DNA of 64,000 bases, from contig JAZJYZ010000001.1 of the NCBI GenBank assembly GCA_040390125.1, forward strand, positions 163,698 to 227,697. The letters are read 5' to 3'. Position 1 is the first letter of the stretch. Each line of letters begins with the position of its first letter. A model generated the notes under the pieces. The model was given only the letters and a program-made list of their open reading frames with translations, did no database searches and was not told the DNA's origin. The DNA comes from Patescibacteria group bacterium (GTDB taxonomy: Bacteria > Patescibacteriota > Minisyncoccia > Phycocordibacterales > Phycocordibacteraceae). The translations under genes and the position numbers were made by a program. Shown piece by piece: positions 1-9,733 of this stretch.

Positions 1-341
1 TCACGGATGTCTTCACGAACGTCAGCACGTCCGGTAGTAGTTGCTGCGTCCCTCTTGTCTTCTCGCACATCCCTCCTGTCCTCTGCACGATCTTTCACAT
101 CTTCTCGCTTATCGGCGGGGAGGAGTGCTCGTATCGGCTGAGGAATAAGAGATTTTATTCGGGGTGCTGGTTTTGGTGGTACGGGTCTTTCTGTGGTTAC
201 GGTGGCATCAGCCTCTGCTGTAACTGTTGCTTCCTCGGCGGATACACTGCCTGCCCATAGGAATAGGGCAAGAAGGATGGAAAGAAAAGCACTCTGTGCA
301 ATAAGGCGTGGAATGTTATTGGGTACTGCAATTGATTTCAT
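1..341 (-). CDS. Secreted hypothetical protein (partial, runs off window)
   Basis: Read manually: MKSIAVPNNIPRLIAQSAFLSILLALFLWAGSVSA|EEATVT...; signal-peptide-like N-terminus then charged D/R/E repeats. Confidence 0.7.
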   Translation of the reverse strand, partial: MKSIAVPNNIPRLIAQSAFLSILLALFLWAGSVSAEEATVTAEADATVTTERPVPPKPAPRIKSLIPQPIRALLPADKREDVKDRAEDRRDVREDKRDAATTTGRADVREDIR

Positions 342-436
342 AACGATATAGATAAGTTAATAAAAATGCCACAGCGAATGTAGGGCATCTTTCTGTTACC
401 AGTATATATGACGTTTGAGTGAGGTTTTTCTTTCCA

Positions 437-478
437 ACCCAACACAAAACCCGCCTTTTGGCGGGTTTTGTGTTGGGT
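437..478 (-). terminator. Intrinsic terminator of nusA-ppa
   Basis: 19-bp perfect stem ACCCAACACAAAACCCGCC-tttt-GGCGGGTTTTGTGTTGGGT just past the ppa stop. Confidence 0.8.
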
Positions 479-496
479 AGCATTGATTATTTTAGG

Positions 497-1021
497 TTAT
501 TTTTTGAATTTTTCCTGGTAGAGCTTTCTTCCTCGCTCGAACGCTGCTTTTGCGTCTGCTGCACTCTTGAAGCCAGGGACGGTTACTTTCTCACCTTTTA
601 AATCTTTATATGTTTCAAAGAAGTTCTGAATTTCTTTGAGTGTGTGCTTGTTTATGTCAGCAAGGTCGTGCACATCATCCCAACGCTTGTCTTTTACTGG
701 AACACCTATGACCTTGTAGTCCTCCTCTCCTGCGTCAATCATTTCCATGAATGCTACAGGGCGAATACGGACGAGCATTCCAGAAGGGATTGGAAATGTT
801 GCGAGTACCACAACATCCAAGGCATCACCGTCGTCCCAGTACGTTTTCGGGATGAAGCCATACTCAAAAGGATACGGTGCTGAGCCATAGTTTGCACGAT
901 CAAGTGCGAGCATTCCGGTTTCCTTATCTATTTCGTACTTGTTGTGCGATCCTTTTGGAATTTCAATAACCGCATTCATCTCATCTGCGGTGCCTGGGTC
1001 GATGTCGTGCCAAAGATTCAT
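497..1021 (-). CDS. ppa: Inorganic pyrophosphatase (family I)
   Basis: EIPKGS..KYE, YGFIP.T..DDGDALDV motifs. Confidence 0.96.
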   Translation of the reverse strand: MNLWHDIDPGTADEMNAVIEIPKGSHNKYEIDKETGMLALDRANYGSAPYPFEYGFIPKTYWDDGDALDVVVLATFPIPSGMLVRIRPVAFMEMIDAGEEDYKVIGVPVKDKRWDDVHDLADINKHTLKEIQNFFETYKDLKGEKVTVPGFKSAADAKAAFERGRKLYQEKFKK

Positions 1022-1053
1022 AGTGAACAGTTTACAGCTAACAGTTTACAGAA
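1021..1053. repeat. 7-nt periodic tract (YAGNNNN)
   Basis: tagtgaa cagttta cagctaa cagttta cagaaac abutting the ppa start. Confidence 0.8.
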
Positions 1054-1059
1054 ACAACT

Positions 1060-2310
1060 TTATTCGTCTGCTTTTTCTACTGATTGCTCAAGGGGAGCTT
1101 CTTCAATTGCTTCGGCTTCTGCCTCGCCAACCTCCTTATCTTCAGGGGAAGAGAGTTCTTCTTCGGCGGAGAGTTTTGCAGTATCGCCTTCGTTCTCGCT
1201 CACCGCTGCCACTGTTCCGCCAATTGGGCGGATGTCTATTGACCAGCCAGTAAGCTTTGCAGCGAGACGCACATTTTGACCGCCACGGCCGATTGCCAAC
1301 GATTGCTGATCTTCAGAGACTTCAGCAACTGCACGATGTGTTTCTTCATCAAGCTCGATTGAGAGTACTTGAGCAGGGGAGAGTGCGTCTTCAATAAATT
1401 GCTTTGTTTCTTCTGACCATTCAATGATGTCGATGCGTTCACCGCCGAGCTCGCTCATGACAGTTGAGACACGAACACCTCGCTGACCTACGAGTGCACC
1501 CACTGGGTCAATGCGTGAATCGGTTGCATGCACAGCAACTTTGGAGCGACCGCCCGCTTCACGAGCGATAGCTTTTATGACAACTGCACCGCTTGCGATT
1601 TCAGGCACTTCAAGTTCGAAAAGTTTTTCCAAGAATTTTGGATGTGCACGTGACAAGCGCAAGAATACGCCACGAACTCCTTCCTCCACTGAAAAGAGGT
1701 ATGCACGTACACGCTCACCTGCACGGTAGCGCTCACCTGGAATTTGCTCGTGGTACGGCATGATGCCTGTTGCACGACCCAAGTCCACGTAGAGGTTCCC
1801 ACGTTCAATGCGTTGCACGATGCCGTGAACGATGTCTCCTTCTTTACCGCCGTATTCTTCAACAACTGAAGCACGTTCTGCTTCACGAATTTTCTGCATG
1901 ATGACCTGCTTTGCGGTTTGTGCGGCGATGCGTCCGAAGTCAGTCTTTTGCTCTAAGGGAAAGATAAGTTCATCACCTACGGCGACATCTCTTTTAATAC
2001 GCTTTGCGTCTTCAACAAAGAGGAATCGCTCTTCGTTGTAGTGAGGACGTTCATCGCCTTCTTCTACGGGCGATTCATCGCCGTCCATGCGAACTTCTGA
2101 AGGATCAACAACCATCTTTACTTGGAAGAAATTCACACCTCCGGTTGAAATATCAAATTGCGCACGGACTATTTGGTCACGCTTGCCGTATTCACGCTTG
2201 TAGGCAGTTGCAAGAGCACCTTCTATGGCTTCTATCATCTTGTCACGTGGGATGCCCCGCTCTTCAGAGAATTGATCGATGACGAGGTTTATTGTTTTGA
2301 GGTCGAACAT
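1060..2310 (-). CDS. nusA: Transcription termination factor NusA
   Basis: FGRIAAQTAKQVI, S1 and KH domains (AREAG.RSK, AIGRGGQNVRLA), acidic tail. Confidence 0.97.
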   Translation of the reverse strand: MFDLKTINLVIDQFSEERGIPRDKMIEAIEGALATAYKREYGKRDQIVRAQFDISTGGVNFFQVKMVVDPSEVRMDGDESPVEEGDERPHYNEERFLFVEDAKRIKRDVAVGDELIFPLEQKTDFGRIAAQTAKQVIMQKIREAERASVVEEYGGKEGDIVHGIVQRIERGNLYVDLGRATGIMPYHEQIPGERYRAGERVRAYLFSVEEGVRGVFLRLSRAHPKFLEKLFELEVPEIASGAVVIKAIAREAGGRSKVAVHATDSRIDPVGALVGQRGVRVSTVMSELGGERIDIIEWSEETKQFIEDALSPAQVLSIELDEETHRAVAEVSEDQQSLAIGRGGQNVRLAAKLTGWSIDIRPIGGTVAAVSENEGDTAKLSAEEELSSPEDKEVGEAEAEAIEEAPLEQSVEKADE

Positions 2311-2355
2311 GGTTAGATTTTATTAGCGAGTGATAACGAGTTTAGAAAATCTTCC

Positions 2356-2412
2356 ACCCCGTTAAATCCCCGGAACGGGGACGCTTCGTATTCGAAGCGT
2401 ATTTAACAGGGT
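2356..2412. mobile_element. Miniature inverted-repeat element upstream of nusA
   Basis: ACCCCGTTAAAT...ATTTAACAGGGT enclosing two hairpins (TCCCC/GGGGA; ACGCTTCG/CGAAGCGT). Confidence 0.6.
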
Positions 2413-2556
2413 TAACGAAAATATAGTCGAGTGGCTCTCCTTGTTTTCCTAAAAAAACAGGCCCGCTACGCGGACCCGTGGAGGGAAACTGACTCAAAAA
2501 GTATAGCTTAGAGGAGCAAACGTGTCAACGCTCCAAATGCATCAGCGTTACCACTT

Positions 2557-2925
2557 CTAATTATAGGGAGAAGTCCACTCGTCCAATTTACGTTTCATAG
2601 CACCTCCAATTTGTCGTATCTTACCTATCCCAAAAAGAGTGCCTATCAATCCAGCAAGGAACTTACCGTGTTGTATAATCACTTGTAAAAAATCTTGTCC
2701 CGTTCGTGCTCCTTCAGCAAGCACTTCGCCTCCGTAATAGACTCCAGCTTGTGCCAGCTCCTCTACCGATACGTTCTTTACCTTCGCATTTTCACCTGGT
2801 CCTCTAAAAACATTAGCTACGTCAACAGGAACAGAAAGATCCTCTCGTCTTATAACAGATTTACCACCGCTTGCAGGGTGAGATTCAAAAGCAGAATGAG
2901 TCAATTTTTCAGCAGCAAAAGCCAT
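2557..2925 (-). CDS. Hypothetical protein with C-terminal hydrophobic segment
   Basis: 122-aa ORF; upstream TTGACA-17-TACCCT on minus strand. Confidence 0.6.
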   Translation of the reverse strand: MAFAAEKLTHSAFESHPASGGKSVIRREDLSVPVDVANVFRGPGENAKVKNVSVEELAQAGVYYGGEVLAEGARTGQDFLQVIIQHGKFLAGLIGTLFGIGKIRQIGGAMKRKLDEWTSPYN

Positions 2926-3097
2926 ATGTAATTTTGTTCAATAAATTTCTCGGATTTCTAATATCAGTAGGGTACTACACTTAAACCATTCTGTCAAGTA
3001 CTTCTTTCCGAGCATTTTTTAGCCGTATTTTTGGTATTTTCTCGCTTCTATTTTTAATGTTTTCTTTTATTTTTTATTTCTAATGTTTCGCCCTCCT

Positions 3098-3201
3098 ACC
3101 GCCTGTTTCGCTTCCGCTCAACATCGGCGGTTCCCGAAACGGGATCGGAGGAAAATTGAAGCAGTTCAATTTTCCTCCCCAAAAGCCAAAAGCCAAAAGC
3201 T
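3098..3201. repeat. Multi-hairpin element followed by (CCAAAAG)x3 heptamer tract
   Basis: ACCGCC/GGCGGT, TCCCG/CGGGA and 14-bp GGAGGAAAATTGAA/TTCAATTTTCCTCC stems. Confidence 0.55.
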
Positions 3202-3329
3202 CAACGCTTCCCTGATGTTAGCCTGTATACAGAATGCGCGTACCTTGACAAGTAGTTATATTGCATGTAGGATGACCACCATTAGATTGGGTTTATTAAT
3301 TCCCAGATTTAATTCTATTGCATAAATTT

Positions 3330-3626
3330 ATGAACAATGAAGGTATAGGTATGACTTCCGGCCTCTCAAGACGTGGGAAAATCCGACGTGGAGGTTTAGT
3401 GCAAGCTGGTGGATTCACGGCTGGAGCTGCAGTTGTGGGAGTCATCGGTGAACGTATTTTGGCCGCTCATTCTGGCTTTAGTTTTGACAGTAGCTTTAGA
3501 GACAATCTACCTGCAATTATAGGGGAAGTCACAAACAATTTTGCTGGCCTTCTTGGTATTCTTGGTATTAAGGGAATGGCGGAATTACTTCTTGGGAAAA
3601 AAATTGTTTTAAGGACAGAAAAATAA
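3330..3626 (+). CDS. Small Gly-rich membrane protein
   Basis: Two hydrophobic Gly-rich stretches; TTGACA-17-TAGGAT promoter near 3245-3273; own terminator. Confidence 0.6.
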   Translation: MNNEGIGMTSGLSRRGKIRRGGLVQAGGFTAGAAVVGVIGERILAAHSGFSFDSSFRDNLPAIIGEVTNNFAGLLGILGIKGMAELLLGKKIVLRTEK

Positions 3627-3643
3627 AGTTACTTTTTGATTTC

Positions 3644-3676
3644 ATAAAAACCCGAAGTCTCGCTTCGGGTTTTTAT
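3644..3676 (+). terminator. Intrinsic terminator
   Basis: ATAAAAACCCGAAG-tctcg-CTTCGGGTTTTTAT. Confidence 0.8.
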
Positions 3677-3749
3677 TTTGTAATTTCCTCCACTAAACCC
3701 TAGCCACTAAACGCTAAACCCTGCTCTGTAATGTTATTCTTACCAAAGA

Positions 3750-5486
3750 ATGGTCGTTCCCGACGCACAATTAAAGACATTTGTGATTGATTCTGGGTTG
3801 GTATCCCGGAAAGATTTTGAATCTGCAGAGAAAACTGCAAAAGATACAGCACAGCCCTTGAGTGACACGCTGGTTTCTGCCGGTATTTTGAGCGAAGACG
3901 ATCTTCGCCGGATGCAGGCACACATACTCGGGATTCCGTTTATATCTCTTTCAGGAATCAAGATAGATTTTGAAGTACTCTCGCTCATTCCGGAGCCTAT
4001 TGCCCGCAAACACAATGTCATTGCATATAAGAAGACAGACGACTCTCTTGAAGTGGCAATGCTCTACACAAGCGACTTGGAGCCTTTGAATTTCATAAAG
4101 AAGAAAATAGGGTTGAAAATTCTACCTCGCCTGACCGACACTGCATCTCTAAAGAGTGCACTCTTGCAGTATCAGAAGTCTCTAAAGGAAGAATTTGGCG
4201 ACATTATTCAAGGTGCTTCGCAGTCGATTACAGATACTGAGAGTTTGGACACCGCAGGCTTAAAGAAGCTTGCTGATGATGTGCCGGTCATTAAGGTGGT
4301 GGACACTCTGCTTCGGCATGCGGTAGTGCAGGGTGCATCGGACATCCATATTGAGCCATTAGAAGAGATGCTCCTGGTGCGGTATCGAATCGACGGGGTA
4401 TTACATGATGCGATGGAGTTGCCAAAAAATATTGCAGCGGGTGTGACGGCACGCATTAAGGTGCTGGCAAACTTAAAACTTGATGAGAAACGTCTTCCGC
4501 AAGATGGTCGCTTTAAGATGGAAGCCGACAAAGAGAGAGTGTCGCTCCGTGTATCTGTGATGCCTACGTATTTTGGAGAAAAAACAGTGATGCGTCTTCT
4601 TCGTGAAGGCGGGGGAGGATTCACACTCGAATCGTTAGGGTTTCATGGTGTTGCACTTGAGCGTGTACATGCAGCATCAAAACAATCGACAGGTATGATT
4701 TTGATGACGGGACCAACGGGAAGTGGAAAGACGACGACCTTGTACACCATTTTGGATATTTTGAACACGCCCGACGTAAATATTTCAACCATTGAAGATC
4801 CTATTGAATATCAAATGCCACGTGTAAACCAGACACAAGTGAGGGCCGACATTGGTTTCACTTTTGCCTCAGGCTTACGCTCTCTTGTGCGTCAAGACCC
4901 GGACATCATCATGGTTGGAGAAATTCGTGACACTGAAACTGCGTCACTTGCAATCAACGCAGCCTTGACGGGACATCTTGTCCTCTCAACCCTTCATACT
5001 AATTCTGCAGCGGCGGCAATACCACGTCTCGTCGACATGGAGGCAGAGCCGTTTCTCTTGGTTTCATCACTTAGAGTGATTATCGGTCAGCGGTTAGTGC
5101 GACGGTTAGCTTCTGATCGTATTGAATACACATTGTCTGAAGAAGAGATTCAGCAGTTGAAAGCCACCATTGATATTGATCGTGTTCTTGCTGTTCTAAA
5201 AGAAGAAAAACACATCCCTACCGAGGCAACCATTAAAGAGATTCCATTCTTTAAGCCGAAAGAAAACGGAGTCTCCGTTGATGGGTACTCTGGGCGTATT
5301 GGTATCCACGAAGTTTTGCCGGTAACTCACGAAATACGAGAGCTTATTTTGAAGCGAGTGTCGGCGGATGACATTGAAGTGCAAGCAAAGCATGAAGGCA
5401 TGCTGACAATGGTGGAGGATGGAATTTTTAAGGCGGCGACAGGAATTACAACGATTGAAGAAGTCCTCCGAGTTATTAGCGAGTAG
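3750..5486 (+). CDS. pilB: Type IV pilus assembly ATPase PilB/GspE family
   Basis: ASDIHIEP, RLPQDGR, Walker A GPTGSGKTTT, TIEDPIEY, RQDPDIIMVGEIRD, GHLVLSTLHTN. Confidence 0.95.
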   Translation: MVVPDAQLKTFVIDSGLVSRKDFESAEKTAKDTAQPLSDTLVSAGILSEDDLRRMQAHILGIPFISLSGIKIDFEVLSLIPEPIARKHNVIAYKKTDDSLEVAMLYTSDLEPLNFIKKKIGLKILPRLTDTASLKSALLQYQKSLKEEFGDIIQGASQSITDTESLDTAGLKKLADDVPVIKVVDTLLRHAVVQGASDIHIEPLEEMLLVRYRIDGVLHDAMELPKNIAAGVTARIKVLANLKLDEKRLPQDGRFKMEADKERVSLRVSVMPTYFGEKTVMRLLREGGGGFTLESLGFHGVALERVHAASKQSTGMILMTGPTGSGKTTTLYTILDILNTPDVNISTIEDPIEYQMPRVNQTQVRADIGFTFASGLRSLVRQDPDIIMVGEIRDTETASLAINAALTGHLVLSTLHTNSAAAAIPRLVDMEAEPFLLVSSLRVIIGQRLVRRLASDRIEYTLSEEEIQQLKATIDIDRVLAVLKEEKHIPTEATIKEIPFFKPKENGVSVDGYSGRIGIHEVLPVTHEIRELILKRVSADDIEVQAKHEGMLTMVEDGIFKAATGITTIEEVLRVISE

Positions 5487-5565
5487 AATGTAGAAAGTAG
5501 AGAAGTAAACACACTATGCATATTCTTTCTACCTTCCACTTTCTACCTTCCACTTTCTACCTTCC
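5483..5565. repeat. Inverted pair of heptamer tracts
   Basis: tagaatg tagaaag tagagaag ... (ttctacc ttccact)x3. Confidence 0.8.
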
Positions 5566-5576
5566 ATATACTCACT

Positions 5577-6791
5577 ATGAAATTCAAAGTTACTGCTATC
5601 ACTAAAAGCGGAGAAATGTACACGGACGTCGTCGATGTGGCGGATCGTTTTCAGGTATACCGCGATATACGCGAAAAAGGTGACACCGTTCTTGATTTAA
5701 AAGAGGAGGGGACAGGAAAATCCTTCTCACTCAATTTCTCCCTCGATATATTCAATCCTATTTCGCTTGATGAGAAGGTAGTGCTGGCACGCAATCTTGC
5801 TGCAATGCTTGAAGCAGGCCTCACTATTTCTCGTTCACTTGAAGTGATGAAGCGACAAACAAGAAACGTGCGAATGCAAAACACTCTGACTGCCATTATT
5901 GCTGATGTGAAGAAGGGCGAAACATTCTCCGCCGCTCTTGCCGGGTTCCCTAAGGTTTTTTCGCAGTTGATGATTGCTATGGTGCGTGCCGGAGAAGAAT
6001 CAGGAAAACTCACTGAGGCACTACGGGTCGTTTCCATTCAGATGGAGCGCTCTTCTAATCTGCAGAAAAAAATTAAAGGTGCGCTTATTTACCCAGGAAT
6101 AGTCTTGAGTGCAATGGTGGGCATTGGAATACTTATGCTCGTCTATGTTGTGCCGACGTTGTCTGGAACGTTCAAAGAATTGAAAGTGTCTCTCCCCCCA
6201 ACCACTCAGTTTATTATTGGTGCAAGCGATTTCTTGATTCACAACACACTCGTCGCTCTGCTGTGTTTTGGCGTTCTGGCGGTAGTATGTGTGTGGGCTA
6301 TGCGGTCAGTAAGAGGTAAGCATTTCTTAGGATGGCTTTTTTTGAAAATTCCCGTTATTGGTCCATTAATGGTGGAAATTAATGTTGCACGCACGACTCG
6401 AACACTCGCATCGTTATTTGCTTCGGGTGTTAATGCGATTTTGTCGGTGAAAATTACGTGCGATGTTCTTGAGAATGTTCAATATAAGAAGGTGCTCATT
6501 GAGGCAGAAAAAAGTCTCACTGAAGGTTCACCTTTGTCAGTAACTTTTGCAAAATATCCAAAACTTTTTCCGCCGTTGGTTTCTGAAATCATGGCGGTTG
6601 GCGAAGAAACGGGACGTTTGTCGGTTCTTCTTAAAGAGAATGCAGAATTTTATGAGGATTCGGTGGAACGTCAAACCAAGGACATGTCTACAATCATTGA
6701 GCCGTTCTTGATGATTATTATTGGTGTCATGGTTGGGTTTTTTGCGCTCTCAATGATCGCCCCAATCTATTCATTGTCGAGTGGAATTTAA
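5577..6791 (+). CDS. pilC: Type IV pilus platform protein PilC/GspF family
   Basis: Two T2SSF domains (AGEESGKL; VGEETGRL; IEP), 3 TM segments. Confidence 0.95.
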   Translation: MKFKVTAITKSGEMYTDVVDVADRFQVYRDIREKGDTVLDLKEEGTGKSFSLNFSLDIFNPISLDEKVVLARNLAAMLEAGLTISRSLEVMKRQTRNVRMQNTLTAIIADVKKGETFSAALAGFPKVFSQLMIAMVRAGEESGKLTEALRVVSIQMERSSNLQKKIKGALIYPGIVLSAMVGIGILMLVYVVPTLSGTFKELKVSLPPTTQFIIGASDFLIHNTLVALLCFGVLAVVCVWAMRSVRGKHFLGWLFLKIPVIGPLMVEINVARTTRTLASLFASGVNAILSVKITCDVLENVQYKKVLIEAEKSLTEGSPLSVTFAKYPKLFPPLVSEIMAVGEETGRLSVLLKENAEFYEDSVERQTKDMSTIIEPFLMIIIGVMVGFFALSMIAPIYSLSSGI

Positions 6792-7274
6792 ATGAGGTGT
6801 CAGCTTTCAGCTTTCAGCTTTCAGGCGACGCCTCGTCGGATCCGAAGGGATCATAGGAGGAAAGAAAGCTTTTCGCGAGGGATGACACTTATTGAAGTAG
6901 TCGTCGCCGTCTCTTTGATGCTTATAATTTTCTTGGGATTTTTTGGTGCCTATGTGGCGTCTGCTGACTTGGTGCGGAGCACTTCTGCCCGAAGTGGAGC
7001 TCTCTTTCTTATGGCAAACAGAATGGAATACATAAGGGGGTTGGCGTATGGCTCTATAGGTACTGTGGGTGGAACGCCGTCAGGAAGTCTTGTGGCTAGT
7101 GAGCCAAGGATTTTGAATGGTATTACTTACACCATTCGTACAACGGTTGCATACATTGATGACGGAGCGAATGGTGCCGGTGCCGGCGATTATAAAACAG
7201 TGAAAGTTGAAGCAGATTGGAATTTTAGAAATGTCTCACAAAGTATCTCTACTGTTACCTATGTCGCACCGTAA
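6792..7274 (+). CDS. Minor pilin (PilV-like) with prepilin cleavage site
   Basis: RG|MTLIEVVVA class III signal. Confidence 0.85.
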   Translation: MRCQLSAFSFQATPRRIRRDHRRKESFSRGMTLIEVVVAVSLMLIIFLGFFGAYVASADLVRSTSARSGALFLMANRMEYIRGLAYGSIGTVGGTPSGSLVASEPRILNGITYTIRTTVAYIDDGANGAGAGDYKTVKVEADWNFRNVSQSISTVTYVAP

Positions 7275-7857
7275 AAACAGCACTACACGTGGCATGACCT
7301 TAGTTGAAGTCTTGATGACAGTTGCGGTTGTTGCAGTGGTTATGGTGAGTGCGTCTGATGCAGTGCTCTCGCTCTATCGGGCAAATTCCACAGGGACACG
7401 CGGAGTGTCGCAGGTCGGAAGTGCGAGGCACGCACTAGATGCATTGATGGAAGAGCTTCGCCAAAGCTCGTATGGTAACGATGGGTCTTATCCAATTGTT
7501 TCGATTGCCACTTCTTCGATTACTTTTTTTAGTGCTATTCCAAATAGTTCAAGTGCCATGCGAGTTCAGTATCAACTTTCAAGCACAACACTAAATCGAA
7601 GTACGGTGAGCCCAGGTACTCCGCCAACATACACAAGCGCCCCGGTCACCTCGGTTGCCACCGCATACAGTAACAATGTTGCTATGGGTATTCCTATTTT
7701 TCGCTATTACGATAAAAATGGTTTAGAAATTACTGACATGACTCGGACTACTGATGTTCGGTCTGTATCGATTGCAATTAGTATTCTCAATCCTGGGATG
7801 ACTACTCCGTTTATGCTGACTGCAACAACGACGTTGCGTAATTTGAGAGGAATATGA
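7261..7857 (+). CDS. Minor pilin (PilW/PulJ-like)
   Basis: RG|MTLVEVLM; C-terminal LRN; start moved to ATG 7261. Confidence 0.85.
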   Translation: MSHRKNSTTRGMTLVEVLMTVAVVAVVMVSASDAVLSLYRANSTGTRGVSQVGSARHALDALMEELRQSSYGNDGSYPIVSIATSSITFFSAIPNSSSAMRVQYQLSSTTLNRSTVSPGTPPTYTSAPVTSVATAYSNNVAMGIPIFRYYDKNGLEITDMTRTTDVRSVSIAISILNPGMTTPFMLTATTTLRNLRGI

Positions 7858-9104
7858 AGAATCTACCTCAGGTTCCAGCTTTCAGGTTCCAGCTTTCAGC
7901 TACAGGCAACAGAAGGGTGCGGGGGTTTTTGACGATTTTTGTACTCGTTGCTTCCTCCGTGTTTTTATTTTTACTCTCTGAGCTTATGGGCTCACTGACG
8001 TTAGAGCGTTTAGGGGGAACAATAGAGGCCGACAGTGAAAAAGCTTTTCATATAGCCGAAGCCGGGCTTGAGTACTATCGTTGGCACTTTGCAGAGTTTC
8101 CAGGTGATCTACAAGACGGTACTGCAAGTGCGGGGCCCTATGAGCATGATGTAGCGGATCCAGAAACTAGTAACACAATTGGAACATTTTCTCTTGATAT
8201 CTCAGGCATAACTTCATGCGGTGTACTCACATCCGCCACAGTGAACTCAACTGGTTCCATGGCTAGTAGCTCAACACACCGAACTACGTTGATTGCTGAA
8301 TATGGAAAACCCACACTTTCCGCATCAACGAGTCCGGCGAAGTCCGATGCTACAGCAATTGCAACATCGCTCCCAAGTTTGAAGACGTACGCACAGTCGT
8401 CAGGCGTTTACATTGCGACATCCACAGGGTATGGATACAAAATTGTTTTCAAATCGAACGGAACATTTGATGCGTCGCCCGTTACTGGTGTCACGGAGGT
8501 ATGGGGGTATTCAACGGATGATGGGTGGCAACAAGAGGATACGATTATTTCTACAACAGGTGTTGCGGTGAACCATACTGTGCCTTCCGAATGTCCGGTG
8601 GTATTTGTTGAAGATACTGTCTGGCTTCAAGGCACTGTTTCGGGCAAAGTTACGTTAGTTTCCGCAAATATAACAAACGCTGGCGTCGATCCGAATATTG
8701 TACTTACCGGAAACATTACGTACGCCCACGCATACGATGATGGTTTTACGGCGATTGCTGAAGATTCAGTACTGATATCACTAGATTCTCCTGACGTCAT
8801 GCAACTCTCAGGAATCTATGTAGCCAGCAAGGGTCACTTTGGGCGGCATCGCTATGATGCATCCGGCACTCACGCTGTTCCCGTAAGCCTTCAGTCGTCA
8901 GTGCTCCGCTCCACCCTCAACACATTTGGGACATTTGCTTCAATGGAGACAGTTGATACTAAATGGCTCTCTTCCGGTGCGTTTATTTCAGGCTATAGCA
9001 CAAGGACTGATGTCCATGATCCTTTCTTAGGAAAGCTACCTCCGCCGTTCACTCCGGTTACTTCAAATGACTTCCGTTTCACAGACTGGAGAATACAGGA
9101 GTAG
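7854..9104 (+). CDS. PilX-like large minor pilin
   Basis: RG|FLTIFVLV lacking E5; AFHIAEAGLEY PilX-N-like motif. Confidence 0.75.
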   Translation: MKNLPQVPAFRFQLSATGNRRVRGFLTIFVLVASSVFLFLLSELMGSLTLERLGGTIEADSEKAFHIAEAGLEYYRWHFAEFPGDLQDGTASAGPYEHDVADPETSNTIGTFSLDISGITSCGVLTSATVNSTGSMASSSTHRTTLIAEYGKPTLSASTSPAKSDATAIATSLPSLKTYAQSSGVYIATSTGYGYKIVFKSNGTFDASPVTGVTEVWGYSTDDGWQQEDTIISTTGVAVNHTVPSECPVVFVEDTVWLQGTVSGKVTLVSANITNAGVDPNIVLTGNITYAHAYDDGFTAIAEDSVLISLDSPDVMQLSGIYVASKGHFGRHRYDASGTHAVPVSLQSSVLRSTLNTFGTFASMETVDTKWLSSGAFISGYSTRTDVHDPFLGKLPPPFTPVTSNDFRFTDWRIQE

Positions 9105-9163
9105 TTGTTAGTGAACAGTGGACAGTGTTTAGGGAAAAGAAACAGCACTATTTTTGAATTCTT

Positions 9164-9733
9164 TTAGCGAGTACTTCTTAGTTTTTCTATAACTTTCACA
9201 ACCAAATCTTTTGGGTTCGTGTCATATGCTATCACTGCACCATGATCAGTCGGACATACTTTCATAATGTCTCTGATTTTGTCACTGACTCCGCCCGACC
9301 CTTCGAGTACGCCAATTACTTTACCTTCGTAGTTTGCAATGCAAAATTCTTCTAGCGTTCCAGTTTCACCACCGATGAAGATAGCCCCATCGCAATTGCG
9401 GATATTCAAATAGTTTCTTCCCGTGTATCCGCTTCCAGTCCACATAATTACCGAAGCTCCATCGAGAGGTCTCTCATACCTTTCTACATGCTCCCTAGGA
9501 TCATGTGCTGGTGAAATTCCCAATACAAACCCTCCTTTTTTAATCGCTGTTTTCCCTGCAATACCTGGCAAGCCTGCAGTGGCACCTGTAACTACTATTG
9601 CCTCGCACTCGATGATTGTTTCGCCGATTATAGCCGCCTGTTGTTCAGAATCTTTATTCCAAGTGAAAGCGCCCCCGAACACACCGATTCGTAGAGTCTT
9701 TTCGCTCAAAGAGTGTATTGAGTTACTTTTCAT
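9164..9733 (-). CDS. LOG/SLOG-family Rossmann-fold nucleotide-binding protein
   Basis: VVTGATAGLP, GISP, GYTGRN, GGETGTLEEF motifs. Confidence 0.8.
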   Translation of the reverse strand: MKSNSIHSLSEKTLRIGVFGGAFTWNKDSEQQAAIIGETIIECEAIVVTGATAGLPGIAGKTAIKKGGFVLGISPAHDPREHVERYERPLDGASVIMWTGSGYTGRNYLNIRNCDGAIFIGGETGTLEEFCIANYEGKVIGVLEGSGGVSDKIRDIMKVCPTDHGAVIAYDTNPKDLVVKVIEKLRSTR

